Virus record (IMG/VR): IMGVR_UViG_3300042535_000010
Coordinates: 1 to 54,718 of that record
From: a virus
Taxonomy: Duplodnaviria > Caudoviricetes
Length of the DNA stretch: 54,718 nt
Strand: one strand, 5' to 3'
The position numbers and the translations under genes were made by a program. The notes beneath the pieces were generated by a model. It worked only from the letters and a program-made list of their open reading frames with translations, did not search any database and was not told the origin of the DNA. Shown piece by piece: positions 43,504 through 52,243 of this stretch. The first letter of the stretch is position 1, and every line of letters begins with the position of its first letter.

Positions 43504-45102
43504 ATGAGCATCCTCAAGGACATCAAGACCGCGATCAAGACCGCCGAAGCGCGCTATGACGGCTGGTGGGCCGCGAGCACCGGCCTGGGCGGGACCGCGC
43601 GCCGCGCTGCGTGGCAGCCCGAGTGCTTGGTCTCGCCGGAGGAAGCGTTCTCCTTGTATCATAACAACGACTTGGCCCGGACCATCATCGAGGCCCCGGT
43701 CGAGGCCGCGCTCCGGCAAGGCTGGCACGTAGAGACCGGAGACGCGGACGCAGACAAGCTTTGGCGCGCCAAGGTCGAGGCACTGAACCTGGACGAGCTG
43801 CTAACCAAGGCACTTGTCTATGGGCGAACATGCGGCGGCGGCGGCCTGATCCTCGGGCTTGCGGGCTCGGGAGAGGACATGAGCCAGCCCTCGCCGAAGG
43901 GCGGCGAGCTAAGGAACCTCACGCCCTGGGACCGGCGCCAGGCCACGATCACGAAACATGTCACGGACCCGAACAGCCCGAGCTACGGACTGCCCGAGCT
44001 CGTGCAGCTCCAGCTCGCTGGCCGTGCGTCCCTGACCCTGGTGCACAGAGACCGCCTGGTCCTGTTCGGGGGCGCGCGCACGGGCGAGCAGGAGCGACAG
44101 ATCAATAACTGGTGGGACTACAGCGTCCTGCAGCCAGTCAAGTCCGTGCTCGAGGAGATGGGCCTGGGCTGGGCCAGCGCGAGCCTGCTGCTCCAGACCG
44201 CGTCCCAGCCGGTGTACGGCGTCAAGGACCTGGCCGCGATCCTGGCATCGGCCGAGGGCGAGGAGCGCCTGAGCGCGCGATTCAAGATCATCGCCATGAT
44301 GCGCAGCGTCGCCAAGGCCATGGTGATCGACGCGGACGGCGAGAGCTACACGAACGTGAGTCAGAGCTTCGGCGGCGTGCCCGAGCTGCTGGACCGGCTT
44401 GCGACCCGCGTCGCCGCTGCCGGCCGTATCCCGGTGACGATCCTCATGGGCGAGGCACCGGCCGGACTGAACGCCACGGGCCAGAGCGACCTGGAGACCT
44501 GGTACGCGCAGGCACGCACGATGCAGGCACTGGTCATCCAGCCCGCGATACAGCGCCTGGTGGGGCTCATGGGAGGCGGCGAGGCCGAGGTCTGCATGCA
44601 TGACCCCGACCCCAACCACGCCAGCAAGCAGGCCCAGCTCGCCGCCGTGCGCGCGCAGGCGGACACGGCGTACGTGACGGCGGGGGTGTTCCTCCCGAGC
44701 GAGATCGCGACAGCGCGCACGAGCGGCGAGGAGCCCTACATCCACATTGAGGCGCGCGAGGAAGCTCCGGCCGAGGGCGTGGACCCGATGCAGGAGCAGG
44801 CCGACATCCAGTCCACGGTCCTGAACGGCGCCCAGGTAACGAGCTTGGTCGAGATCGTGACCCAGGTGGCAGCAGGGACGCTACCGCGTGACTCCGCCTC
44901 GGCAATCATCCAGCTCGCCTACCAGGTAGACAAGACACAAGCCGAAGCTATGCTAGGCTCAGCAGGAACCGATGCCTTCACGCCGACGCCCAAGACTCCC
45001 GCCCCTGACCGAGGGCTCGCACGCGACGTACGCCCGGCTCCTGCGGGCGATGATAAGGCGCTGGAAGACGACGGGCCTATGGGCGACTCCGAGCCCGCGT
45101 GA
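43504..45102 (+). CDS. Portal protein (DUF1073-type)
   Basis: NDLARTIIEAP, HRDRL, IPVTILMGEAPAGLNATGQSDLETWY. Confidence 0.92.
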   Translation: MSILKDIKTAIKTAEARYDGWWAASTGLGGTARRAAWQPECLVSPEEAFSLYHNNDLARTIIEAPVEAALRQGWHVETGDADADKLWRAKVEALNLDELLTKALVYGRTCGGGGLILGLAGSGEDMSQPSPKGGELRNLTPWDRRQATITKHVTDPNSPSYGLPELVQLQLAGRASLTLVHRDRLVLFGGARTGEQERQINNWWDYSVLQPVKSVLEEMGLGWASASLLLQTASQPVYGVKDLAAILASAEGEERLSARFKIIAMMRSVAKAMVIDADGESYTNVSQSFGGVPELLDRLATRVAAAGRIPVTILMGEAPAGLNATGQSDLETWYAQARTMQALVIQPAIQRLVGLMGGGEAEVCMHDPDPNHASKQAQLAAVRAQADTAYVTAGVFLPSEIATARTSGEEPYIHIEAREEAPAEGVDPMQEQADIQSTVLNGAQVTSLVEIVTQVAAGTLPRDSASAIIQLAYQVDKTQAEAMLGSAGTDAFTPTPKTPAPDRGLARDVRPAPAGDDKALEDDGPMGDSEPA

Positions 45103-45859
45103 AGCCCTGACCGAGGCCGCGAAGCAGCGCAGCCGGGTGCTCGAGACCTGGCTGCGCGCGCGTGGCGTGCGGCTCGACGCAGCGGACGAAACGCCGGGCG
45201 TCGACGATATCATCCGACAAAACGTATCATTGATCTCGAAGCTGAAGCGGACCACGCAAGCGCAGGTAGCCCGGGTCATCCGCCAGGCCAACGCCGAGGC
45301 CTGGACCAGGGACAAGCTCTCCCGCGCGCTGTCGGACCGGTTCGCGATCGCCGAGCGGCACGCGGTCCTGATCGCGCGCGACCAGATCGGGAAGCTGAAC
45401 GGTGCGATCGTCCAGCGCCGCTCGGAGGAACTCGGGATCAAGGGCTACATCTGGGTCACGAGCGCGGACCAGCGCGTGCGTCCGATACATCGCCGGCTGA
45501 ACAACACGAAGCACACCTGGGACAAGCCCCCTGTTGTGAGCCCGGACGGCCGACACGAGCACCCAGGAGGCGACTTCCAGTGTCGCTGCACAGCCGAGCC
45601 TGACTTGTCCGAGATCCTGGACGAGCCCGCACCTAAACCAGAGCGTGGCCCGCTGCCGGCACCGAAGCCCCCGCGCCCAGCACCGGAGCCCGCACAGCTC
45701 AACGTACGGGTCGAGTCCTGGCCCGATCGCCTGAGCTACGCACGCGGGTATCGCGCGGCGCACGGCGGCGTGTTGCCGGACCATGTGCTCTACGCCCTGG
45801 CTCGGGGCCAGACCGAGATCCCTTTCGATGAGGCTGTGCAGGAGCTACAGAATGTCTAG
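44972..45859 (+). CDS. Minor head morphogenesis protein (Mu gpF / SPP1 gp7-like)
   Basis: LIARDQIGKLN, YIWVTSADQRVRPIH, HPGGDFQCRCTAEP. Confidence 0.9.
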   Translation: MPSRRRPRLPPLTEGSHATYARLLRAMIRRWKTTGLWATPSPREALTEAAKQRSRVLETWLRARGVRLDAADETPGVDDIIRQNVSLISKLKRTTQAQVARVIRQANAEAWTRDKLSRALSDRFAIAERHAVLIARDQIGKLNGAIVQRRSEELGIKGYIWVTSADQRVRPIHRRLNNTKHTWDKPPVVSPDGRHEHPGGDFQCRCTAEPDLSEILDEPAPKPERGPLPAPKPPRPAPEPAQLNVRVESWPDRLSYARGYRAAHGGVLPDHVLYALARGQTEIPFDEAVQELQNV

Positions 45860-46301
45860 AGTCTATCGCCCGTGTGGGCATATTGACGGCGTGTGCGACC
45901 CCTGTAAGCGCGCCCGCAAACGAGAGTATATGCGGCGCTGGAATCAGAATCAGCATGCGAAGGATGCCAAACTCGCATACCGCAATACCCCGGCCCAGCG
46001 AGAACGGAGCAGGGCATGGCACGCATCTCAGGCCCAGCGAGCCGTTCGACTCGGGCGTCGATATCGCGTCCGAGTCTGGTTTCTTGACCTACTCTGGCGC
46101 GCACAGTCTGGACTGTGCGCTATATGCGACAGTACGCTGACGCCGTTCACCCGCGCGGCCATGTGTGTGGATCACGACCACGAGACAGGCGCGGTTCGTG
46201 GCCTGCTGTGTACACGATGTAACACCGGCGTCGGTATGTTTCAGGAGCGACGCGAGAGCCTCGCACGAGCCGCTGACTACCTGGAGAGGTACGGAAAATG
46301 A
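45852..46301 (+). CDS. Endonuclease VII-family endonuclease, copy 2
   Basis: CAIC..VDHDHETGAVRGLLCTRCN.GVG. Confidence 0.9.
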   Translation: MSRVYRPCGHIDGVCDPCKRARKREYMRRWNQNQHAKDAKLAYRNTPAQRERSRAWHASQAQRAVRLGRRYRVRVWFLDLLWRAQSGLCAICDSTLTPFTRAAMCVDHDHETGAVRGLLCTRCNTGVGMFQERRESLARAADYLERYGK

Positions 46302-46768
46302 ACAAACGAGAAGAGCTGCGCGAGCGTGTGGCTAACGGAGAGGACCGGGAGACGGTCCGCAAGGAGCTTGGGATCTCTAAACAAGTCTGTAAGGAGGCGC
46401 TAGACCACTACAAGGGCACACCCAATTCAGCCCGGGGTGGGCATGTGAGCCCGATCTCGGACGCGCTCGGCTACACGCCCCTGGCCGTCACGCAGGAGAT
46501 GTTCGATGAGCGCGCGCGCACCTCGGCGGCGGCCATCGAGCTGATCTCGCGCAGGCCTGAGCTCAAGCTCCTGCAGCGGAACGAGCGCCTGGCCCTGTGC
46601 GCGCAGATCGCCTCGGGCATTGCGGGCGAGGGGATCGAGTGGAAGGTGCGCCTGGACGCGCTCAAGCTCCTCATGCAGGCATGTGGCGACATGAAGGAAG
46701 GGATCTCGGTCACGGTCTCGGAAACGGTCCAGCTCGTGGTGGTCAGCAATGGTCGCGATTCGGATTGA
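46298..46768 (+). CDS. Putative terminase small subunit
   Basis: N-terminal HTH; RLDALKLL..G..E.ISV C-terminal pattern. Confidence 0.5.
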   Translation: MNKREELRERVANGEDRETVRKELGISKQVCKEALDHYKGTPNSARGGHVSPISDALGYTPLAVTQEMFDERARTSAAAIELISRRPELKLLQRNERLALCAQIASGIAGEGIEWKVRLDALKLLMQACGDMKEGISVTVSETVQLVVVSNGRDSD

Positions 46769-46799
46769 CGAGGTCTAGCGCCAGGGCTAGACCTTAGAC

Positions 46800-47114
46800 A
46801 TGCGAATCAAGATCGAGTGTGAGACCTTCACAGCCGAGACCTCGGACCTGGAGACCGCTAAGGTGCTAATCACCATGGCTTCTCCGAAACCCAGAGTGTC
46901 GGTCCGAGTGACACTCAAGCCCGGCCTAGGCGCTAAGAAGATCTATGCCATCCGTTGCGTGTGTGAGCACACAGGCGCGACCTTAGGCCAGGCTAAGGAG
47001 ATGGTCGAGGCCGGCTGTTTCTCGGCCGTTCTGCTGCCTAATAGGTCCTCGCAGGACCTCGCGCGCGCCCTGTCCCAAGAGGCCGACTATAACGTCGAGC
47101 TGGAGAGCGTATGA
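46800..47114 (+). CDS. Ribosomal protein bL12 (L7/L12) C-terminal-domain-like protein
   Basis: KKIYAIRCVCEHTGATLGQAKEMVE; TTGACG-N17-TAGACC-N6-ATG. Confidence 0.7.
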   Translation: MRIKIECETFTAETSDLETAKVLITMASPKPRVSVRVTLKPGLGAKKIYAIRCVCEHTGATLGQAKEMVEAGCFSAVLLPNRSSQDLARALSQEADYNVELESV

Positions 47115-47653
47115 AAACCATCGAGGATGTGTTGATAGCCCACGAAGGCTTGATCCAGTTCCCCTACCTGTGCACTGAGGGCCGAGTCACGATTGGCGTC
47201 GGGTGCACAGTCACGCGCACGCAGCTGACCGCTGACCTGGACTGGGTCGCGCCCGGCTGCTCCCCGGTGCACGCGCGCCTGCTCGCGCTCTCCGGGTACG
47301 ACGCAGTCCTCCACCTGGAGCTGGGCCGGACCCCGGGCTACTACGCGCCGCACACCCGCGCGCGCGCGACCAAGGAGTCCTGCCTGCGGCTCCTCAAGCG
47401 GCGCGTGACCGAGATCGAGAAGCTGATCCAGAGATACGGCTGGGACACGACCAAGATGCCCGAGCCGTGCCGCTTGGTCTGCCTCGACATCGCGTTCCAG
47501 ATCGGGGCCTTCGGCTTGAGCAAATACCGACACCTGAAGATCTGCCTGGATGCCCAGGACTACGTCGCGGCATCGCGCGAGGTCTCGGTCCGGGGCAAGT
47601 TCGAAGCGCGCAACAAGTGGCGCAAGGAGACGATGTGTCTCTCGCAACCCTGA
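47111..47653 (+). CDS. T4-type lysozyme (endolysin)
   Basis: HEG..PYLC.EGRVTIGVG (E-x8-C-x5-T triad); DIAFQIG..GL. Confidence 0.82.
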   Translation: MKTIEDVLIAHEGLIQFPYLCTEGRVTIGVGCTVTRTQLTADLDWVAPGCSPVHARLLALSGYDAVLHLELGRTPGYYAPHTRARATKESCLRLLKRRVTEIEKLIQRYGWDTTKMPEPCRLVCLDIAFQIGAFGLSKYRHLKICLDAQDYVAASREVSVRGKFEARNKWRKETMCLSQP

Positions 47654-48093
47654 TCCCGCGTGGCAGGACCGTGCCCCGGGCATGGGCAGAGATGTGGCCC
47701 GGGTCGACCATGCCGCGCCGCCAGGGTGGCCAGAGCTGGATGCTCCGCTGGGGCGACAAGATGGTCAAGCTCACCGAGTTCCAGAGCGAGCTCGCTGTCG
47801 CTCGCGAGATGCTGCGCGAGCCTGCGCAGGGTGTGGTCCCGGTGCTGGCGGTAGGAGACTGCTGGTACATCATGCCTCGGTGTCAGACGCTGCCGGCATC
47901 GGACCTAGACCTGGACTGTCTGATCAAGTGCCCTGACTGGACCCAAGGCGATTACAATGGCGGCGCACACAACATAGTGACCTACTGCCACGAATATGTG
48001 TGGTGCGACCTACACGAGATGAGACCTCGACCCGCTCGGCTGGCGCGGTGCCTGCCCGAGAACCGGGAGATGATGCAAGATGCGACTATTTGA
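47635..48093 (+). CDS. Minimal protein-kinase-like protein
   Basis: VK..E, YIMP, D..HNI, VWCD in kinase-like order; AAGGAG SD before GTG 47635. Confidence 0.45.
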   Translation: MSLATLIPRGRTVPRAWAEMWPGSTMPRRQGGQSWMLRWGDKMVKLTEFQSELAVAREMLREPAQGVVPVLAVGDCWYIMPRCQTLPASDLDLDCLIKCPDWTQGDYNGGAHNIVTYCHEYVWCDLHEMRPRPARLARCLPENREMMQDATI

Positions 48094-48466
48094 GAAATGC
48101 AAAGACGGCGGCCCGGACTCGAACGTCACGGCCTACGTCCTCTGCGAGTTCAAGAGCCTGTTCTCGGTCATGATCCTGCGCTTCGACGCGGGCAGCCGGG
48201 AGGTCTACCACTCGCACGCGTTCAACTGCTGGAGCCTGGTCCTGTGGGGCCTGCTGACCGAGAAGCACCTGGCTGGCGGCTGGAACTACCACCACGCCGG
48301 GGCGATCATTGGCACGTTCCGCGACACCTTCCACAAGGTGTACTCGATTGGCACCACGTGGGTGTTCACCGTGCGCGGGCCCTGGTCTAAGCTCTGGTTC
48401 GAGGCCGATGACGAGGGCAGGTCCTGGGTGCTCACGAACGGCCGCAAGCGTCGGGAGCTGCCATGA
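48080..48466 (+). CDS. Cupin-fold protein
   Basis: YHSHAF..SLVLWG.LTE..FHKV. Confidence 0.65.
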   Translation: MRLFEKCKDGGPDSNVTAYVLCEFKSLFSVMILRFDAGSREVYHSHAFNCWSLVLWGLLTEKHLAGGWNYHHAGAIIGTFRDTFHKVYSIGTTWVFTVRGPWSKLWFEADDEGRSWVLTNGRKRRELP

Positions 48467-49047
48467 TCTTCACCCAAGCCGACTATCAGATGCTGCACAC
48501 CCTGTTCGACGCTGGCTACAAGGGCTATCGCCCGACCGTGCGCGAGCTGCCTAACGGCGACGGGGTCGTGGATACGGACAAGCGCTATCTCCACGTCGCG
48601 CTCCAATACGACCCGCCGTCCTGGGCGCGCAGCTTCCTCTACCAGGCGCACGACGAGGCGGTCACGTACGCGGAGAAGCTCGGGGTCCCGACCGAGTTCT
48701 GGCCCGATCTCTCGGCGGGCGCGCTGCGCGTGCTCGAGTACCCGATCGGCGCGGGCTCGGCGCTGCATACTGACTTCGACCTACTGACCACGCTCTGCTA
48801 CAGGTCGACGCCCGATGACCTGATCTGCCCCGTGGGAGCACACCTGCACATCGGCGAGATTGGCGAGCTCGTGGGGCTCGGAGAAGCAACCAAGCACTAC
48901 GTCCCGAGCCGGCCCTACGTCCAGCACTCTATCGTCTACTTCGCCCTTCCCTCACACCAGGCTATCCTACCTGGGGGCCAGACCGTAGGGCAGTGGCTCG
49001 CAAATCGGCTTGCCCGCTCGCGGGTCTCAGCTACGCTCGAGTCATGA
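48463..49047 (+). CDS. 2OG-Fe(II) oxygenase-like protein
   Basis: LRVLEYP, HTDFDLLT (HxD), distal H, HSIVYFALP. Confidence 0.75.
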   Translation: MIFTQADYQMLHTLFDAGYKGYRPTVRELPNGDGVVDTDKRYLHVALQYDPPSWARSFLYQAHDEAVTYAEKLGVPTEFWPDLSAGALRVLEYPIGAGSALHTDFDLLTTLCYRSTPDDLICPVGAHLHIGEIGELVGLGEATKHYVPSRPYVQHSIVYFALPSHQAILPGGQTVGQWLANRLARSRVSATLES

Positions 49048-49391
49048 CGAAGTTCGCAGTAATCCTGGTCGACGGCGCGGTGTTCGAGTTCTACAGTCTC
49101 CAGCGCGCCGTCACCTTCCAGGCACAGAAGAAAGGCTCGGTCCTATGCTACGTGTGATCGAGGATATGGCCCGGGGTTGCGACCCGCGGCTCGTGCGCAG
49201 CGTCTACGGGATCAAGACCATCGAAGCCGCGCTCAAGCTCCTGGTACGGAACCCGACAGCGGCGGGGCGATACCGCAAGGTCGAGGTCAGGGTCGGGGTC
49301 TCTGGCACGTACCGAATCGACCATAACGGCGATGTACACTCACTGCGCCGCGGTAGCTGGCTCAAGGTTTCAGGCTCGCTGAAAGGTATCT

Positions 49392-49586
49392 ATGTCAAGG
49401 TGTAAGGGTGTGATACGTTGGTTCAACGGTGTGGCGGGCTACGGCTTTATCGTCTACGAGGGCAAGGACGTGTTCGTCCACCACACGGAGCTCAAGATGT
49501 TCGCGCGTGGCAGCGAGGTGGTCGAGTTCGACCTTCGCGAGGGCCCTAACGGTCTGTTCGCGCTCGAGGTGAGACCATGCCCGTAG
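49392..49586 (+). CDS. Cold-shock domain protein
   Basis: GVIRWFN..GYGFI..DVFVH (RNP1/RNP2). Confidence 0.9.
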   Translation: MSRCKGVIRWFNGVAGYGFIVYEGKDVFVHHTELKMFARGSEVVEFDLREGPNGLFALEVRPCP

Positions 49587-50086
49587 TCCAGCATTTAGCC
49601 AAGAGCGCCGAGTGGGGCACGCCCCAGGACGTGATCGAGGCCGCGCGCGAGACCATGGGCTCGATCACGTTCGACCCGTGCAGCTCGGCCGAGGCCAATC
49701 TGCGGGTCCGTGCCGACAGCTGGAGCGACAACGGCCTGGCTGAGGACTGGACGGGTGAGCGCGTGCTCCTGAACCCGCCAGGTGGTCGGGTCAAGCTCGG
49801 AGGCAAGAAGTACGGCCTGCCCTTCCTCTTCTGGACCAAGCTCCGGGACTCACACGTGCGGGGCTGCGTCTATATCGGGTTCACGCTCGAGCACCTCAGA
49901 CACAATGCGGGCATGATCTCGTTCCCGATCTGTATCCCACACAAGCGCCTATGCTTTCATCCGCTCGCTGGTCAGAATGCACCGTCGCCTGGACACGGGA
50001 ACGCGATCGTGTATATTCCAGGGAGTGAGGACCGGACCTCAGAGTTTCTACGGATATTCAAGGAGTTTGGCGATGTACGAGGATGA
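49577..50086 (+). CDS. Phage-type N6-adenine DNA methyltransferase
   Basis: EWGTP, FDPCSS, NGLAEDW, LLNPPG. Confidence 0.8.
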   Translation: MPVVQHLAKSAEWGTPQDVIEAARETMGSITFDPCSSAEANLRVRADSWSDNGLAEDWTGERVLLNPPGGRVKLGGKKYGLPFLFWTKLRDSHVRGCVYIGFTLEHLRHNAGMISFPICIPHKRLCFHPLAGQNAPSPGHGNAIVYIPGSEDRTSEFLRIFKEFGDVRG

Positions 50087-50450
50087 GATCAGGAACTTAC
50101 AGGCGAAGATGACCCGCGGAGACACTGCGCTGGAGACCGCCATCGCGCTCATGCGCGCGGCCCAGCCCAAGGACGAGGCGGCGGAGCGGGAGCACTGCCT
50201 ACGTGTAGTAGACTCCGTTGAGCAGGTAGCCGACACATACACGGACGAGCAGGTGAGGGGCCTCGCAGCAGAACTTATCCTGCGCGAACGCGCCGCCGTG
50301 CGAGCGGAGTGCGCGGCCGAGCTGGCCGTAATGCGCGTCGATGTCACGCACTGGAAGCGTGCTTACTACCTGCTCAAGCGCGAGATCGCGCGCCAGCAGG
50401 CCGCTGAGTCGGACTTCTGCATATGCTGCATCGACGAAGACCAACCATGA
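50073..50450 (+). CDS. MYE-EI family protein 1
   Basis: MYEDEI...ALETAIALMRAA. Confidence 0.75.
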   Translation: MYEDEIRNLQAKMTRGDTALETAIALMRAAQPKDEAAEREHCLRVVDSVEQVADTYTDEQVRGLAAELILRERAAVRAECAAELAVMRVDVTHWKRAYYLLKREIARQQAAESDFCICCIDEDQP

Positions 50451-50463
50451 CGGAGGTGAAGTA

Positions 50464-50637
50464 ATGTACGAGAATGAGATCAAGGTGTTAGAGTTGTTGC
50501 GCCCAAACACGGGTGGCATAAATGACAAGGCCCTCGACACCGCCATCGCGCTCATGCGCGCGGCCGATCGAAAGTGCCCCACCTGCAACCACGACAAGAA
50601 CGCTCATCCTGATTGGTGTCATACGGAGGTGAAGTAA
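50464..50637 (+). CDS. MYE-EI family protein 2 (short, CxxC tail)
   Basis: MYENEI...ALDTAIALMRAA; GGAGGT SD. Confidence 0.7.
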   Translation: MYENEIKVLELLRPNTGGINDKALDTAIALMRAADRKCPTCNHDKNAHPDWCHTEVK

Positions 50638-51425
50638 TGTACGAGAATGAGATCAACGCCCTGCTGGGCATGGGTGAAACGAAGCACGAACGTGCGGCCC
50701 TCGACACCGCCATCGCGCTCATGCGCGCGGCTTCGGTTCCGCCCCATGACGAGGCGGCGGAGCTGGCGCACTGCGAACGCACAGCAGACGCTATCCCCGG
50801 TGTGGGCTCCTGGGAAACCCGCATCGCGATCCGAGGAGCTATTCTGGGCCAGCGCGCCGCCGTGCGGGCCAAGTGCGCTGCCGAGCCTACGGACGAGGAC
50901 TTGAAGCGCCACATTCGTGACAAGGACCGCTATCGGGAGTTGCTCGGACGTGCGGAGGCCGAGATCGAGCGGCTGAAGAGCCTCAGCGACGGGCTGGCGC
51001 GGGCGGTGGCCACACTCGTGGCAGACAACTCGACGCTACAGACCGAGTTGACCGAGCTAGCGGCCGAGATCGAGCGGCTGAAGGCGCAGCTGTCGGGTGT
51101 CGGGATGCAAGAGTTCCGGCGTCTGGAAGGGCGCCTGCACAACGCTCAGGACGAGATCGAGCGGCTTCGCGAAGTCTGGCGCCTGGCAGAGAAGCAGGTC
51201 GAGACCCTCTTGCGACAGAAATCCGAGCTCCAAATCGAGATCGAGCGGTTGAAGGCTTCGCGCGCCGGATTTGAGGGCCGCCTTGCCGCAGCGCAGCTGG
51301 AGATCGAGCGGCTGAAGGCGGAGATCAAGCGCCCGGAGGCGGAGCCTGCAGCAGCACACAACCCCTACGATCTATACGATCGTGCAGAGGATGGACGACG
51401 TATACCCCGCACAGGTGGCGAATGA
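50637..51425 (+). CDS. MYE-EI family protein 3 with EIERL coiled-coil repeats
   Basis: MYENEI...ALDTAIALMRAA; five EIERL(K/R) repeats. Confidence 0.8.
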   Translation: MYENEINALLGMGETKHERAALDTAIALMRAASVPPHDEAAELAHCERTADAIPGVGSWETRIAIRGAILGQRAAVRAKCAAEPTDEDLKRHIRDKDRYRELLGRAEAEIERLKSLSDGLARAVATLVADNSTLQTELTELAAEIERLKAQLSGVGMQEFRRLEGRLHNAQDEIERLREVWRLAEKQVETLLRQKSELQIEIERLKASRAGFEGRLAAAQLEIERLKAEIKRPEAEPAAAHNPYDLYDRAEDGRRIPRTGGE

Positions 51426-51885
51426 CCCTCTACACAGCGATCAACCAACCAGGAACCGGCGCGAGCATGCGCCGCGCGCTCAAGGTCTTAGCTAAGGAGT
51501 GGCGGAGACGGGGCGTCCTGCCTGACGTAGAGGCCGAGTTGCACGTGAGGCACCTGCACGCGTGCGTAGACGCATCCCCCGAGGCCCAGCGCGCCCGCCA
51601 AGAGACGCACACCTACCTCGTCCAAAACATGCCCCTGAGTCTGCTCCAAAGACAGCTGACCAAGCTCGGCGCGTGCGAGGAGTCCATCGCCTGGGCGGGG
51701 CAGTTCTCAACCGCACGCCAGGCCTGGGAGGCGTGTGCGGACGAGTTCGAGATGTTGTCGTGGCTGCTACGCTTCGGGGGCGTCCGGCTGCGCGAGGAGG
51801 GCTACTACGCGCTTAGGGGCACTTGCATCAACTCACCCGAGGCCTGCGCAGCCATCCGCCGCGTGGTCCCGTTCGAGCGATTGAG
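51241..51885 (+). repeat. Imperfect direct repeat, copy B
   Basis: See 1-636. Confidence 0.97.
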
Positions 51886-51907
51886 AGAACTGTCGAGGGA
51901 AAAATGA
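51422..51907 (+). CDS. Hypothetical protein, paralogue of 182-658
   Basis: Direct sequence comparison. Confidence 0.8.
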   Translation: MTLYTAINQPGTGASMRRALKVLAKEWRRRGVLPDVEAELHVRHLHACVDASPEAQRARQETHTYLVQNMPLSLLQRQLTKLGACEESIAWAGQFSTARQAWEACADEFEMLSWLLRFGGVRLREEGYYALRGTCINSPEACAAIRRVVPFERLRELSREK

Positions 51908-52239
51908 AAACATACAGCGTAACGTACGCGCCGCCCTGGATGCGGACCCCTTCACCGGGATGGCGTGACATGCTACGTGACCTCATCGATCCCGAGATGT
52001 ACCTGACGTGGCGAGAATGGCGCTACGCCAGGTACGTCGAGAAGTTACGGGGCCGGCGCGCGCTGGAACGGTTTCAGGCGGGTTCACCGGGGCCACGAAA
52101 CGCCCCTGCGCCCGTTGCTCTGCGCTACGCCGACCAGTGGGCGGTCTCGCGGCGGTACACCCCTCCCGATACGACGCACCTGTCAAACCGCCTCCTAGAA
52201 ATTGCCCTTGCGGATGCGCGCGAGTTGAGTCAGAAATAG
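51904..52239 (+). CDS. Hypothetical protein (MKTYSVTY...)
   Basis: ATGA overlap; GAGGG SD. Confidence 0.55.
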   Translation: MKTYSVTYAPPWMRTPSPGWRDMLRDLIDPEMYLTWREWRYARYVEKLRGRRALERFQAGSPGPRNAPAPVALRYADQWAVSRRYTPPDTTHLSNRLLEIALADARELSQK

Positions 52240-52243
52240 TGAC

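Noticed and set aside
43504-45102. Anti-CBASS Acb1 fusion on the portal
   Set aside because: No pair of HxT/S 2H-phosphoesterase motifs seen in the C-terminal extension
50450-51330. CRISPR-like repeat-spacer array
   Set aside because: Repeats are in-frame coding blocks with irregular spacing; no cas operon
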